This document shows, piece after piece, positions 1 through 13,242 of a DNA stretch of 64,000 nt (the stretch's first letter is position 1; each line of letters begins with the position of its first letter). The notes beneath the pieces are model-generated. The model was not told the DNA's origin. It searched no databases and saw only the letters and a list, made by a program, of their open reading frames with translations. A program made the position numbers and the translations under genes. Location of the stretch: the NCBI GenBank assembly GCA_964016885.1, contig OZ024756.1, positions 2,232,001-2,296,000 on the forward strand, written 5' to 3'. The stretch is from Eledone cirrhosa (Eukaryota).

Positions 1-1286
1 CGAGAGGCGCGGCGGGCCGTCGAGGTATGGACCGAAATCCACGTCCTCGCCCGGACCTTCGCCTCCTTCGAACAATCGGGCAAAGTGCCTTTGAAAGGCC
101 TCGCACATCTGCTTAGGCTCCCGGATCACCCGTCCATCCTCGTCCTGCAAAGACCGGATGGTGGATCGATTTCCACTCTTAGCTTCTGTCACGCGGGCCC
201 AGCCAACGGCTTTGGCCCCCTCATTACCTAGAGCACGTATTTTACTTCGAATGACGCAGCCTTCGTGCTTTGCATCGAAAAACTGGCTCAAGGCCGTCCT
301 CGATGCCAGCACTCTGGCCACATCTTTGCTCTTGATTGCCTCTTCTAATTTACTTGTTAATTCTTTCTCGTTCCTATTCCTATCGGCAGCTAACATCTTG
401 CTATAACTTATTGATTCTGTTCTAATCTCTCTTTTGAGAGATGCCCACCATCTGTTGTTGACGATTGCACCCGTCAACCTCTCCTAAACTAATCTGCTAA
501 TCCGGTCTCTGTAAGCCTCTTTTGCCGGCAAAGACAAATTAAGTTTCCAGTAACCGGGACCCTGTCTATGTGTTCTCTCGAGGTTGACTACGCAGGTCAC
601 TAATTTGTGATCTGTATAGCCAACCGTGAGCATTTCTGGACGGCTTAATATGTCCCTATCCTTACTTCTAACTAAGAATCTATCTAAGTACGATCTAAAT
701 TGACCACTGTGGTTCGTCCAAGTCCAGGTTGACACAGTTGGAAAATCTAGTCGATATCTATCGACCAAGTTAAAACGGTCGAGTAACCTCTTGAGGCTGT
801 TACACCCCCTCTATTAGGATATGCTCCTGCATAGTCCCAACGTGCATCTAGGATGTCATTCCAGTCCCCCGCTAGAAGCAGGGAACGCGACGTTCCGAGA
901 AAAGTCTCCAGACGCTGGAAGAAGTCGGGTCGTTCAGCTCCGAAAGGGGAGTAGACGGCGACCAGTCTCAAGGCCGCACCTCCACGACTGCCAACGTCTA
1001 GCACCAACAAACGACCTTCCGGGTCCGAGTGAACAACCTGTACGGCGAGACTCAGGTGTTTTTCCAGCAGTACGACAACCCCACCCCCACCTCCAGGTTG
1101 ACAGAGAGATGCGTGCACCTCAAAGTCATCGAAGGTAGGGGCCAGCTGCCGCACGACGCTGATCCGAGTCTCACAGATAACCATTACATTTATACCACGT
1201 GACCTGAGGTCATTTAGAAGATTTGCTTGCTTCCAAGTTGAGCCCAGGCCACGTGCATTCAAACATCCTACTCTTAACACATCCAT
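1..1286 (-). pseudogene. LINE ORF2 N-terminus (APE endonuclease + linker), disrupted
   Basis: APE motifs CLNARGL, ICET, AVYSP, AGDWN, SYLDRFLV, TDHKLV and GPGYWKLN. Frameshift near 770-800 and a stop at 484-486. Confidence 0.92.
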
Positions 1287-3229
1287 GTGGGCGGCAAAGC
1301 CAAAGGAGAGTGTAGAGACCTACCTTTCTGCTTCCCGGGTTCGGGTCGCACGACTTCCATGGGGTCGGGGGTGTTGGGTGAAGGGGTGTCTTGTGGTGGT
1401 GTGGGGTCGTCAGTGTGTGGTGGGGTTTGGGTGTTTGGAGTTGTGTTGGGGAGGGGAAGGGGAGGGGGAAAGCTTTTTAGGAGGACGCGGTTTATGGGTT
1501 TGACAGAGAGTGGTCCTACGTCCTCCTTAAAATCCTTTTTTAGTTTTTGGTAGAGGTTCATTGGGACCTTTATTAATTTTAATTGTGGGTTGTTTTCTGA
1601 AAAAATAAAGTTTACCCCTTCGGTTTGTACCGAAGGGTTATTGTTTATGAGTTCATTTAATTTATTATTGTTTCTGTTGATGTAAGTATAGTGTAATGTC
1701 TTTTTTTCGGATGGTGTGAGTGTTTCGAAGAGGGGAGGGGCAGGTTTGGATTTGTTTGTTGCTGGAGGGGTGTTTTGTGTTTTGTTGGATTGTGTTGACA
1801 TTTGGATAGGGGCTGTTTGGCCTTGTGTGTTTTGCACATGTTTTTTTTTTTTCCTTTTAATCTGTCTGAAGGACTCCGTTTCTTCCTCCGAATTCGTTGG
1901 GTTATCTTCAGTGTTGGAGGGAAGATGTATGTTTGCTGGTAGTGTTTTCGTGTTAGTTATCTTTGTGGGGGAGATGGATGTCACTATGTTAGACTGTCTT
2001 GTGTGTTGTGGCTGCGGTGGTTGTGTTGTTTTATTGAGTGAGGGGTTGGGTGGGACTGTATTTTGTTTTTGGGTAATGTGTTGTGTCTGTTTGTGCTGTG
2101 GTGGTGGTGTAGTTTTACTGAGGGACGGGTTGGGTGGGACTGAGTTTTGTTGTTTGTTTATCTGTTGTGGTGGTGGTGGAGCTGGTGTTGATAGCAGAGT
2201 TTTCTTCTTGTTGAATTGGGGACAAGCCGCCTTCAGGTGCCCTCTGCCTGCACAGATATGACAGGACGGCCTTCTCCCCTCCACGCTAATGTTTATATAC
2301 CCGTGGCCTTCTAATAGGATTCTGTCAGGTATTTGGGCAATGCGTTCAGGCTTCATTTGCACTACAAGTTCTATACCTGTTCGACTGAACGCATTGCCTG
2401 TGGTTTTCCCAATGGAAATCACGTTGTCATTCGCTGGATCGATGAAGCCAACTATGAGCCAGCAGTAGTCCATATCTGGCATCATCGCATCCAGCCATAT
2501 GCGCTGAGTTCTTTTACCCATATAAGATGGATAAAAGGTAAAATTTGTCGAACGAATCGGCGACAAAGCATATTTTTTCGCCGCCGATTCGTTCTTTATA
2601 ATAATGGCAAGGCTTTCATACAGCCTGTCTCTTCTTATGAAAGTGGCTTCATTAAATACTTCTCTAAGTACCGCTTTAATTTCTACTTGTGTTGGTTGTT
2701 GGGGCTTTTTTGAGATGTTGTTGATGGTGCGGAAAACGACCGTCCGACTTTCAATATCTTTGGTAAGATCTTGGGGCATTTTTACCGACAAGGCTCCATT
2801 TCCCCCTTGAGTTATGAATTGTTTGGCGTTTTTTATTCTTTGTGCCACATCTGAAATATTTTCAGGTATGTACGTTAAAGATTTTTTAGTTTTTTGTGCA
2901 AATGAGATGTTATTGGTGTTGACTTTGTCGTCTGTTTTGCTTTCTGTTATGATGTTGTTGTTTTCAAATGTTATTTTTGTGTTTGTTGTTTCTTTGTTTG
3001 TGGTATTAATATTGTCATGCAATTCTTTCACATTTTTGTTGTTGTTGGAATCAATCTCCAGATTTGTGTTTTCGTCGACATTTTTCTCCGCACATTCGTC
3101 TGTTTTTATTTTATTTTTTCTTTCCTTGTCTATGACGTTAATTGGGAAGGAAGGGGGGACTAAAGCGTGCGAGCTTACAACTCTTACCGCTGTCCCCCCA
3201 CCACTATTTTCTTTAGCTTCATTTAACAT
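1274..3229 (-). CDS. LINE ORF1 protein (gag-like nucleic-acid binding), 651 aa, open
   Basis: Uninterrupted ORF with the CX2CX4HX4C knuckle CHICAGRGHLKAAC and a Pro/Gln/Thr-rich C-terminal half. It lies directly upstream of ORF2 and overlaps it by 13 nt. Confidence 0.88.
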   Translation of the reverse strand: MLNEAKENSGGGTAVRVVSSHALVPPSFPINVIDKERKNKIKTDECAEKNVDENTNLEIDSNNNKNVKELHDNINTTNKETTNTKITFENNNIITESKTDDKVNTNNISFAQKTKKSLTYIPENISDVAQRIKNAKQFITQGGNGALSVKMPQDLTKDIESRTVVFRTINNISKKPQQPTQVEIKAVLREVFNEATFIRRDRLYESLAIIIKNESAAKKYALSPIRSTNFTFYPSYMGKRTQRIWLDAMMPDMDYCWLIVGFIDPANDNVISIGKTTGNAFSRTGIELVVQMKPERIAQIPDRILLEGHGYINISVEGRRPSCHICAGRGHLKAACPQFNKKKTLLSTPAPPPPQQINKQQNSVPPNPSLSKTTPPPQHKQTQHITQKQNTVPPNPSLNKTTQPPQPQHTRQSNIVTSISPTKITNTKTLPANIHLPSNTEDNPTNSEEETESFRQIKRKKKKHVQNTQGQTAPIQMSTQSNKTQNTPPATNKSKPAPPLFETLTPSEKKTLHYTYINRNNNKLNELINNNPSVQTEGVNFIFSENNPQLKLIKVPMNLYQKLKKDFKEDVGPLSVKPINRVLLKSFPPPLPLPNTTPNTQTPPHTDDPTPPQDTPSPNTPDPMEVVRPEPGKQKGRSLHSPLALPPTWMC

Positions 3230-3526
3230 TTCTCCCAGACGATTGAAATTTTATGCACCAACATTTTTAAAAACAGGTTTTTCACCCCTGGGAGGGGCGA
3301 AAATGGGCTGACCCACCGCCTGACAGTTCAGACGGGGGGTTAAGCTACACAATAGTATCAAAATTAAAATTAAACTTACAAAATTTCCGCAATAAATTGG
3401 AACAAAACTTCTGCGCGAAGTGAATTACGTCTACGCTATCGAACAGACGACAGCTAGATTACACACATATATATATATAGAGAGAGAGAGGGTGGAGAGA
3501 GGGAGAGAGAGGGAGGGAGAGAGAGA

Positions 3527-3720
3527 TTTTACCAGTTTAAAATAGTAAGGCCATTGTTCGACAGAGTACTCGATACTTAGGATAGTTGTGTTTAAATATG
3601 GTAGACAGGTAAACCCAACGGCTGAGCTCTTGCTGTTTCAACACCAAATTCTAGACTCAGTCAGAAATGTACTTTTGAAACGGTAAGAGCTCAGCCGTCG
3701 GGCCCCAACAGTCTACTGTA
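3527..3720. mobile_element. Hairpin insertion carrying hammerhead 3' halves (PLE-type terminus)
   Basis: Inverted arms 3614-3641/3675-3702. The + arm reads GAAA-CGGT-loop-GCCG-TC (stem III + GUC). Shares the gagtactc(g/a)atac motif with the elements at 4844, 16923 and 43080. Confidence 0.6.
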
Positions 3721-3817
3721 TATATAAATATCAGGATAGAACCAGTTTAAAACTAATTAGATCATTACTCGATTACTTGGCGTAGTAGAATATGACTATG
3801 ATATAAAGAGTAACTCC

Positions 3818-4693
<876 letters not shown>

Positions 4694-4806
4694 GAGTATG
4701 TATTGGTTGTTTACCGACACTTCAGTATGGAGGTTACAACACTCAACGAGTGCGCAGACTTGTTTACTCCGGAGTAATGTAAAAACAAGAAGTGTAAGTC
4801 AACAGG

Positions 4807-4843
<37 letters not shown>

Positions 4844-4846
<3 letters not shown>

Positions 4847-4995
4847 AAAATGTTCAAGAGCCCCGACAGCAGAGCTCAAGCCGTTTCGACGGCTATTTCT
4901 GGGCTAGTAGGGGTCCTATTACCCACTCTACTACCCAAAGTATTGAGTACTCTGGTGCGTTATGGTCCATCTGGTTACTTACCACACTTCCTTCG

Positions 4996-5000
<5 letters not shown>
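4844..5000. mobile_element. (TA)n-flanked short element, same family as 16923-17062 (inverted)
   Basis: The reverse complement of 4915-5000 matches 16923-17009. The minus strand has GAAA-CGGC-ttgagctct-GCTG-TC (hammerhead stem III + GUC). Confidence 0.75.
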
Positions 5001-5032
<32 letters not shown>

Positions 5033-5076
5033 TAATAACAACAGTAACAAAACAAACGGCACAGTAACAGAAGAGA

Positions 5077-5113
5077 GTCTTAACGTTTCGGACACTAGAT
5101 CTTCATCAGAAAA
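5077..5113 (-). ncRNA. Minimal type I hammerhead ribozyme (PLE-type) within island 5028-5460
   Basis: Minus strand reads tttt-CTGATGA-agatctagtgtcc-GAAA-CGTT-aaga. Palindromic AACGTT stem III; stem I is weak. Confidence 0.6.
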
Positions 5114-5499
5114 TAAAACTAGAAATACAAGATAAATAGAGAGTAAAGAGTGAAGAGAGGAAAGGAACGGCGAATATGAGAAAAAAGATTGAGGAGAAAG
5201 AACAAAAACACACGTGTGTATTCAGTCGGCCATCTTGCAACAAACCGGTACGAAGAACAAAGCTATCTTGCGGTATTTATATTCGAATAGCATATCTAAT
5301 ATTTAACGTTACATTCCGTTATAACAGAATCGATAAAACAAAGTAGTGAGATCGATATATTAAGCATGGTCACAACCCAATAGATGAAACCAATAATAAA
5401 ATGACCGCTCCAACAAAGACATGTAGATATTGCAGAGTATATTAGAATTTGGGGTGGCTTACATTCAGATATATGTCTATATAAATCTCTCTCTCTCTC

Positions 5500-5577
<78 letters not shown>

Positions 5578-5580
<3 letters not shown>

Positions 5581-6427
5581 TGAAGGATAAGTATTTACCC
5601 TTAATTTTATTCTGAGTTAAACTCTATTGGTTTTTCCTGGATTACACAAAATCTGTGGATAAAATTTCTGTCTTGGCTTTTTTTGAATTGAGATTGAATT
5701 ATTTTCCTATATCTTACGTTAAATATTGTCCATATTGACGTAATAGTCACTTATATGTATGAATTACTGTTGGCTTCTTGCTCACATTAATTTCTCTATT
5801 TTCCTTTATATTTATACTCGGAATTCTTCCTAGAGTGCTTAAAATTATTTGTGACTAATCCCGTTTTTTTTTTTTAAAACCGCAATAATATTGCTTTATG
5901 CTGAACTTCATATTTTTTGTTGAGTTTTTTTCGGAATGTTTTGACTGCTGTTTCTTGTAAAAAGTCATTCGTCTCATTCTGACGTCACTAGCCCTGTTCT
6001 CCATGTGTGTTTATTATCTTAATTCCACACGAGGTGTAATTAGCCTGCTTTTAAATTCCCTTTCTGGCATATTTTAGCTGTGGTCTTAGTTATCGCGTTG
6101 AGCTCTACTGATGAACGATTTAACCGTGACTAACCCCACTGACAAGTTTCGTGAAATAGTCTTTTTAGGACTATATAGAGCATTTGTAGATTTTTCCAAA
6201 TTGAAGGATAAGTATTTACCCTTAATTTTATTTTGAGTTAAGATTCTATTGGTTTTATTCCCTGGATTCCACAAAATCTGTGAATAAAATTTCTGTCTTG
6301 ACTTTTTTTAATTAAGATTGAATTATTTTCCCATATCTTACGTTAAATATTTTCCATCTTGACGTAATAGTCACTTATATGTCTGAATTACTGTTGGCTT
6401 CTTGCTCACATTAATTTCTCTATTTTC

Positions 6428-6430
<3 letters not shown>
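5578..6430 (+). mobile_element. Retrozyme/pseudo-LTR-like element: 620-bp unit present about 1.37 times, with a hammerhead, between (TA)n tracts
   Basis: 5578-~5802 is repeated directly at 6198-~6427. Complete hammerhead at 6102-6181. (TA)n on both sides and no meaningful ORF. Confidence 0.8.
6102..6181 (+). ncRNA. Type I hammerhead ribozyme, canonical core
   Basis: Stem I GCTCTA(6102-07)/TAGAGC(6176-81); CTGATGA 6108-14; stem II ACGA/TCGT with a 30-nt loop; GAAA 6153-56; stem III TAGTC/GACTA; AUA triplet, predicted cleavage after 6175. Confidence 0.88.
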
Positions 6431-6496
<66 letters not shown>

Positions 6497-6555
6497 AATA
6501 ACTTTGATAGGTTTCGGCTAGTATTGGTCCAGGCCATATCTAACTTAAAAGCACC

Positions 6556-6601
<46 letters not shown>

Positions 6602-6754
6602 GGGGGGATGTGTGTGTATGTGTGTGTGTGTAAATGTATATAATAGCATATCTGCTTCTATAAAATGTTGGTATGTATACTGCGCAAAAAGATAAATCTC
6701 TCTCTCTCTATATATATATATATTTAATAGAGAGAGGGGGAGGGAGAGTGTGTG

Positions 6755-6812
<58 letters not shown>

Positions 6813-6919
6813 AAGCGTACCCATGTAGATATATATTCATTGATTTGCTTTGAATCTGAACGAAAATATGTACGGCCATGTTTATCTATGTATACACGCT
6901 ATTCTACACCATTAGAAGA

Positions 6920-7311
6920 CACACACACACACACTCTCTTATACACACACACATACAGACATACATACACACACTCTCTCATACACACACACAGACAAAC
7001 ATACATACACACTCTCTCTTATACACACACACAGACAGACATACATACACACACTCTCTCATACACACACACAGACAGACATACATACACACACACTCTC
7101 TCATACACACACACAGACAAACATACATACACACACACTCTCTTATACACACACACAGACATACATACATACACACACTCTCTCATACACACACACAGAC
7201 AGACATACATACTCACTCTCTCTTATACACGCACACAGACAGACACACACATTTGGAGAAGAAGAAGAAGAAGAAGAAGAAGAAGAAGAAGAAGAAGAAG
7301 AAGAAGAAGAA
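6920..7311. repeat. About 42-44-bp CA-rich minisatellite followed by (GAA)n
   Basis: Repeating cacagacagacatacatacacacactctctcatacacaca units; pure GAA run at 7258-7311. Confidence 0.9.
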
Positions 7312-7949
7312 GGCATGTACTGATTAAGCTATGAAACGCCGTCAAAGGGAAGGAACCGAACCAAATAAGCGGACGGTGGAGATAACTAGATTATTTAAAA
7401 CATAGACCAACGGCTTAGCTAACCAGGCTGAAGTAATTCGTACTCACTTAACTTTATTCTTCATTAGGACATGTCGGCTGCTGTTAGAGACGGCCGCCAT
7501 TTGCACAGAATCAAATAATGTCGGCGATATGTTTTATCTTATTTTTAGCTTATGTGACTATCTCTGACCATCAGTTCATTTTAATGTACATTTAGACGTG
7601 TGTGTGTGTGGGGGGGGAGGTGTATGAGTGTGTGTGGGGTGGGGGTGGGGCGGGGGGGGGGGGGACATATATATATATATATATTCATACATATAATATA
7701 CATATATATATATATATATACATACATATAATATACATACATATATATATATATATATTTATATATATACATACTTACATATAGTATATATATACACACA
7801 TACATATTGGTGCCCCAGCATGGCCTCAGCCGGATGGCTGAAACAGGTAAAAGAGAATATATATATATATATATATATACATACATATAATATATATACA
7901 TAAATATATGTATGTATACATACAATATATATACATACATATAGTATAT

Positions 7950-7982
<33 letters not shown>

Positions 7983-8119
7983 CATAAATATATGTATGTA
8001 TACATATATATATATATATACATAAATATATGTATGTATACATATATATATATACATATAATATATATATATATACATATAATGTACATATAATATATAT
8101 ATATATATACATACATATA

Positions 8120-8161
<42 letters not shown>

Positions 8162-8371
8162 TATATGTGTGTGTGTATGTATGTGTGTGTGTGTGTGTGT
8201 ATGTGTGTGTTTATGTGTATATGTGGATGTATGTATGTGTGTGCTCGCGTATGTATGTATGAGTGTATGTGAACGTATGTATGTATGTATGTATGTGTGT
8301 GTATGTGTGTGTATGTGTGTTTCTTCCTCTCTATTAACTTCATATATTTCTATAAGGTACATTCTATCTTG

Positions 8372-8522
8372 GTATGTGTATGTAACTCTCTATGTGTGTA
8401 TGTAACTCTCTATGTGTGTATGTAACTCTCTATGTGTGTATGTAACTCTCTATGTGTGTATGTAACTCTCTATGTGTGTATGTAACTCTCTATGTGTGTA
8501 TGTAACTCTCTATGTGTGTATG
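8372..8522. repeat. 20-bp tandem repeat (tgtaactctctatgtgtgta), about 7 copies
   Basis: Exact period 20. Confidence 0.95.
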
Positions 8523-8866
8523 GAATTATTCTCTGCTACGGACGTTCGTGTTTTTTTCTGCTAAACCTTTGTATACTTGGTACATTCTCAATGTGAATGT
8601 ATTACTGTGTATGTGAGTGAATGTATTACTGTATGGGTATATGTACGTTTGTGCTTTTGTGTGTATGGCAAGGATTTATATTTAGATATACACAACAAAT
8701 AAATATATATATGTTTAGAAATGTGTATGTACTTGAATGAATTAGCACATGCGTATTATTGTGCTTTTTTACGTGCGTGCTGGAATTTGTATATTTAAAT
8801 GTTTGAAAGATATATATATATATACATACACATACATACACATACATACATACATACATACATACA

Positions 8867-8901
<35 letters not shown>

Positions 8902-8904
8902 TAA

Positions 8905-9000
8905 TACATATTTGCTCTAGGGTTCTTACATATTTGATATATATTTATCCTTATTGAGCCCTCTTTGGATTTTAGTCTTCACATTTATTATTATTACTAT
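8905..9000 (+). mobile_element. Truncated copy of the tail of the 33290-33514 hairpin element
   Basis: Its reverse complement matches 33290-33380 (tagtaataataataaat..gaagactaaaatccaaagaggg...tagagcaaat). It ends at (TA)n at the same position. Confidence 0.8.
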
Positions 9001-9045
9001 ATATATATATATATATATATATGACGCGAGTCCACAAGTTAAAAC

Positions 9046-9134
9046 TTATCCGAGGAGCTTCCGATTTCAGAGTCAGGTTCGATCATTAATAGATCGTTCC
9101 TCGAGCTGATCGACAGTGAAACATATGTAATTAA
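9046..9134 (+). ncRNA. Hammerhead variant with enlarged stem II (family shared with 34043-34137)
   Basis: CCGAGGA 9050-56; stem II GCT/AGT extended by cga..tcag/ctga.tcg; GAAA 9118-21; palindromic CATATG; GUA. Stem I is weak. Confidence 0.6.
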
Positions 9135-9157
9135 ATATGTATATGATGCAACACTGA

Positions 9158-9188
<31 letters not shown>

Positions 9189-9689
9189 TATTGAGGTGGT
9201 AACACTCTCCCTTTATCTCAACATACATCAAGTACTATTCTGATTTGTGGTCTACGCGGTTTCGCACTGTAGGCACTCAAGTTATATACATGAATCTTTG
9301 CATATACTATTGTATGGGAACACGTGTGTGCATGCATGCAATTATATTTTCAATATATATCTTTTGATGTATGTATGTATGTGTACATATACGTTTGTTT
9401 GTATGTCTATACGTATGTATATGCATGAATTATGGGTTAAACTTGTGTAATGTTTTACAGATTTTTACAGTTCTATTACTGTCACGTAGCCCTGAACTCC
9501 CGATTAACAGCGTCTTTTCTGGTTTCCTAAAACCTAGCTTCTCGTTGTTGGTGCCGTGGCTGTCAATTATTTAACCAAATGCCGCAACAACCATAGAATT
9601 AAATCTAAAGTTTTAATCCGTCTGGTGAATCTGTGAATCTTTGCCATAAATTCGACACAACACAAAGCAACAAGCTACAACACTAATTA

Positions 9690-9782
9690 ATTGTTTCTAC
9701 TTTAGGCACAAGGCCAGCAATTACCCAGTGCATTACTGGTACTTTATTTTATCGACCCCGTAAGGATGAAAGGCAAAGTCAA
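9690..9782 (-). mobile_element. tRNA-derived SINE (Nin-domain type), 3' fragment
   Basis: Matches the 3' half of the full copy at 61301-61488. Confidence 0.85.
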
Positions 9783-9879
9783 TGAATTGAGGATATCGCC
9801 CTCACCAATTCCCACAATTTTGAAGTTCCTGAAAAAGTTATATGCGCTTCCCTTCCTAACTAAATAGTCTTTTTCTTCT

Positions 9880-10210
9880 CCTTCAGGGGGTCTTTGGGGC
9901 AACAGTCCTTAAACGTTCCTTCCACAGGTTCCTGTCAGAAGCAACCGTCTTCAACTGATCCGGCTGGATCCCCAAGCGAAAACAGCTAAACTCATGGATG
10001 TTATCCAACCATCTTGCTCGGGGTCTACCCCTGGGTCCCCTACCGGCTGGATTTCCCGTAAAATCTGTCCAGCGATTCTTTACTGAGACATTCTAACCAC
10101 ATGCCCATTGTATCAGAGTTATGTTCTCTCAATTCGGAGAAGTAGTAGCTCTACCTGGAGTGACACCCTGATCTCCGAGCTATGTACTCTATCGAGCAAC
10201 GTAACTCTAT
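9880..10210 (-). mobile_element. RTE-clade LINE 3' fragment, degenerate
   Basis: Minus translation gives RVTLLDRVHSSEIR...GHVVRMS...PRGRPRARWLDNI...VASDRNLWK, the typical RTE C-terminus. A related scrap lies at 45180-45250 (+). Confidence 0.8.
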
Positions 10211-10455
10211 AGTAAAAATAGGCTATTATATTTGTATGGTTATGTTTGAAATGAGGGACATTGGATTGTTATTTCTAGCCTGTTATGTGACCACATAGAC
10301 TATGGTTATCAAACTACTTTTACTCACGTCTCTATTTAGAACAAGTAAACATATTTTGGCGTAGTTTGTACCCTAGCCTCGAAAATTTATTTAAACGAGA
10401 TATTTATATATATTAGCATAGCATTATAAATATTGTAGCAATATATATATTGTAG

Positions 10456-10549
<94 letters not shown>

Positions 10550-10569
10550 ATATATATATAGTATATATA

Positions 10570-10745
10570 TAGAGGTAGAACACTGGAAGGTAATATCCGT
10601 AGTGGTAGAGCACTCAGTCCATGGGAAGAGTTAGATAAAAATGGTTACACAATAGTTAGTTCACCTTACCGAGAACAATTGTTTCACCTTATCTGGTGAA
10701 ACAATTGTTCTCGGTATGGTGAACTAACTGTTGTGTAACCACTTC
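10570..10745. mobile_element. Tail + hairpin insertion in (TA)n
   Basis: Arms 10642-10688/10695-10741 (47 bp) with a 6-nt loop. GAAA-CAATTG-TT lies immediately after the apex. Confidence 0.8.
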
Positions 10746-10764
10746 TATAATATATATATATATA

Positions 10765-11143
10765 TAGTTAAAAGAATAGAGGTGTAACACACAAGTTATT
10801 ATATATTGGTAAACGGAATAGAAAATGCTGACAAATTGTTCACAGTTGAAAAATGGTTTAATTAGGAATAAAAGAGTATTAGTGATTGTATGGGTTAGTA
10901 TTCAGTTGTGGTTTTAAGTTTTTAAGTTTTTACAGGTTGCGCATTTCTAAATGCTTTTCAAAAATAATTTTGAGATAGAGTGTCCGTGCTGTTTGCTAGC
11001 ATTTAGAAATGCGCAACCGGTAAAAACTTAAAAACTTAAAACCACAACTGAATACTAACCCATACAATCACTAATACTCTTTTATTCCTAATTAAACCAT
11101 TTTTCAACTGTGAACAATTTGTCAGCATTTTCTATTCCGTTTA

Positions 11144-11152
<9 letters not shown>
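10765..11152. mobile_element. Tail + long hairpin insertion in (TA)n
   Basis: Arms 10801-10955/10998-11152 (about 155 bp, near perfect) with a 42-nt spacer. Confidence 0.85.
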
Positions 11153-11197
<45 letters not shown>

Positions 11198-11230
11198 GAA
11201 ATAAATTTGTATTTCAGTCTTTACTCAAAT

Positions 11231-11650
11231 TTTTTTTAATATTCTTTTCTTACTGTATCAAGCAGGAAATGAAGTGAAATTATTATTTGGTTAAACATAC
11301 AGAAAAAGAAAGCAATATTGGAAAGGACTATAAATGCCATAAATGAGAGGAAAGGGAGGGGAAGTGCAAGGGGTACTAGATAAAGGAAGACTGAGAAGGG
11401 GAAAGGGAGAGGGTGACAGACTGTACTTCTAGGTCGGCTGGGTCCCGCGGACCAAATGGCAAAGGCATTTCCGTGGACAATAGCCAACGACACACGCTAC
11501 AACAGCCAACCCACTTAGTTGGGCTCCTTCCTCAGACGAGCTGCTATCTATCCTCGGAGGAGGTCAGCTGCCTGGGGTCCGAAGACGTTAGAGGTCTCGA
11601 CGGTGACCAGTGCAATGAGGATGTGGCCAGACAAACCTCTGTATTTGCCT
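11231..11650 (-). mobile_element. CRE-like (restriction-like endonuclease) non-LTR retrotransposon 3' end, degenerate
   Basis: Minus translation KYRGLS...VETSNVFGPQAADLLRG*IAARL...WLL*RVSLAIVHGNAFAI matches the REL C-terminal ET.G..G...QR.S.AI.RGNA pattern. It is followed by a 3' UTR and an A-run. Confidence 0.75.
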
Positions 11651-12144
11651 GTCTCCTTGTCCCCTACACTCAGCAACGTTATCAATATGAAACATACAGT
11701 TGCTATTTGTTAGCAATGTTTTCACTCTTAGTTTAGAGGTTCCACACTTTGACAGTTTTATTACGAATTTCAATTAATATTTTCACATTTTGAAATAGAA
11801 TCTTGCTTTTTTGCACCGTAAACTAATTATATCACGTGGGGTATCAGTGCATCGATGCACACAATTAGAGAACCACTGATCTAGTTAGTTAAAGACACAC
11901 AAGTATATGCTATAGATGTTATGGGTGTAAGTCTCACAGTCATCAATCTGACATATCTAACCTCTATATTACATTAAAACTCTGCCCGTGTCAAACTGAT
12001 TCTTCAGCTGCTGTCATCCAACGCTATTACCTCTGATTCAGAAGTTTCCTCTATCAGTATCAGGCCTTGCGGCAGTTTTACTAAAGTACAACTTTAACAT
12101 GTACACTATTAATTTCTCATGTTTATCATTGAATGAAGCAAATA

Positions 12145-13063
12145 TGTGTTTGTGCGCGTGTGCGTATGTGTGTTTACGAGTGTGTGTATGTGTGTATTTA
12201 CAAGTGTATGTATGTGTGTGTGTTTACGAGTGAGTGTATGTGTGCGCGTTTACGAGTGTGTATATGTGTGTGTTTCCGATTGTGTGTGTGTGTGTGTGTG
12301 TGTTTACGAGTGTGTGTATGTGTTTACGAGTGTGTGTATGTGTGCGCATGTTTATATATGTATCTATGTATGTATATATGTTTGTTTATGTATGAATATT
12401 TGTGTATATGTGTATGTATGTTTGTGTATGTACGTATGTATATATGTTTGTTTATGTATGGATATTTGTGTATATGTGTATGTATGTTTGTGTATGTACG
12501 TATGTATATATGTTTGTTTATGTATGGATATTTGTGTATATATGTATGTATGTATATATATTAGTGTTTGTATGCATATTTGTGTATATATGTATGTATG
12601 TATATATGTTTGTGTATGCATGTATATTTATGTATGTATGTATGTATATTTGTGTATGTATGTATGTTTGTGTATGTATGCATATATGTTTGTTTATGTA
12701 TGTGTATATATGTATGTATATATATTTGTGTTTGTATGTATATTTGTGTATGTATGTGTGTGTATGTATGTGTGTATATGCATGTGTGTGTATGTATGTT
12801 TGTCTATGTGTGTATTATTTAGTCATGGAGGAGTAAATACACATATATATTTCAATATGTGCCTGTATAAATATAAATATCTACATATTTATTCTTGACT
12901 GTATATATGTGTATAGTATGTGTGTGTGTATGTATGTATGCCTGTATGTGTGCGCGTGTGTGTGTATGTATGCATGTATGTGTGTGTATGTATGAATGTT
13001 TGTATTTAAGTGTGTAAGTACGTTTGTGTATGAGTATACATGTATGCATGCATGTATATATAT

Positions 13064-13124
<61 letters not shown>

Positions 13125-13210
13125 TATATATATATATATACACACACACGCACCTATATATATATACACACACATATTTATATACATATACATATATACA
13201 TAACACATAG

Positions 13211-13242
<32 letters not shown>

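Larger units (their letters stand above)
1..3457 (-). mobile_element. Tx1/L1-clade non-LTR retrotransposon, 5' portion (5' UTR, ORF1, start of ORF2); runs off the window edge
   Basis: ORF1 with a CCHC knuckle is followed by an overlapping ORF2 beginning with an APE endonuclease. ORF2 is closely similar to the copy at 53040-53930. The 5' end abuts CA/TA/GA microsatellite near 3460. Confidence 0.93.

Noticed and set aside
158-3311. Plus-strand ORFs over the LINEs (also 50863-54730)
   Set aside because: Antisense shadows of retrotransposon ORFs.
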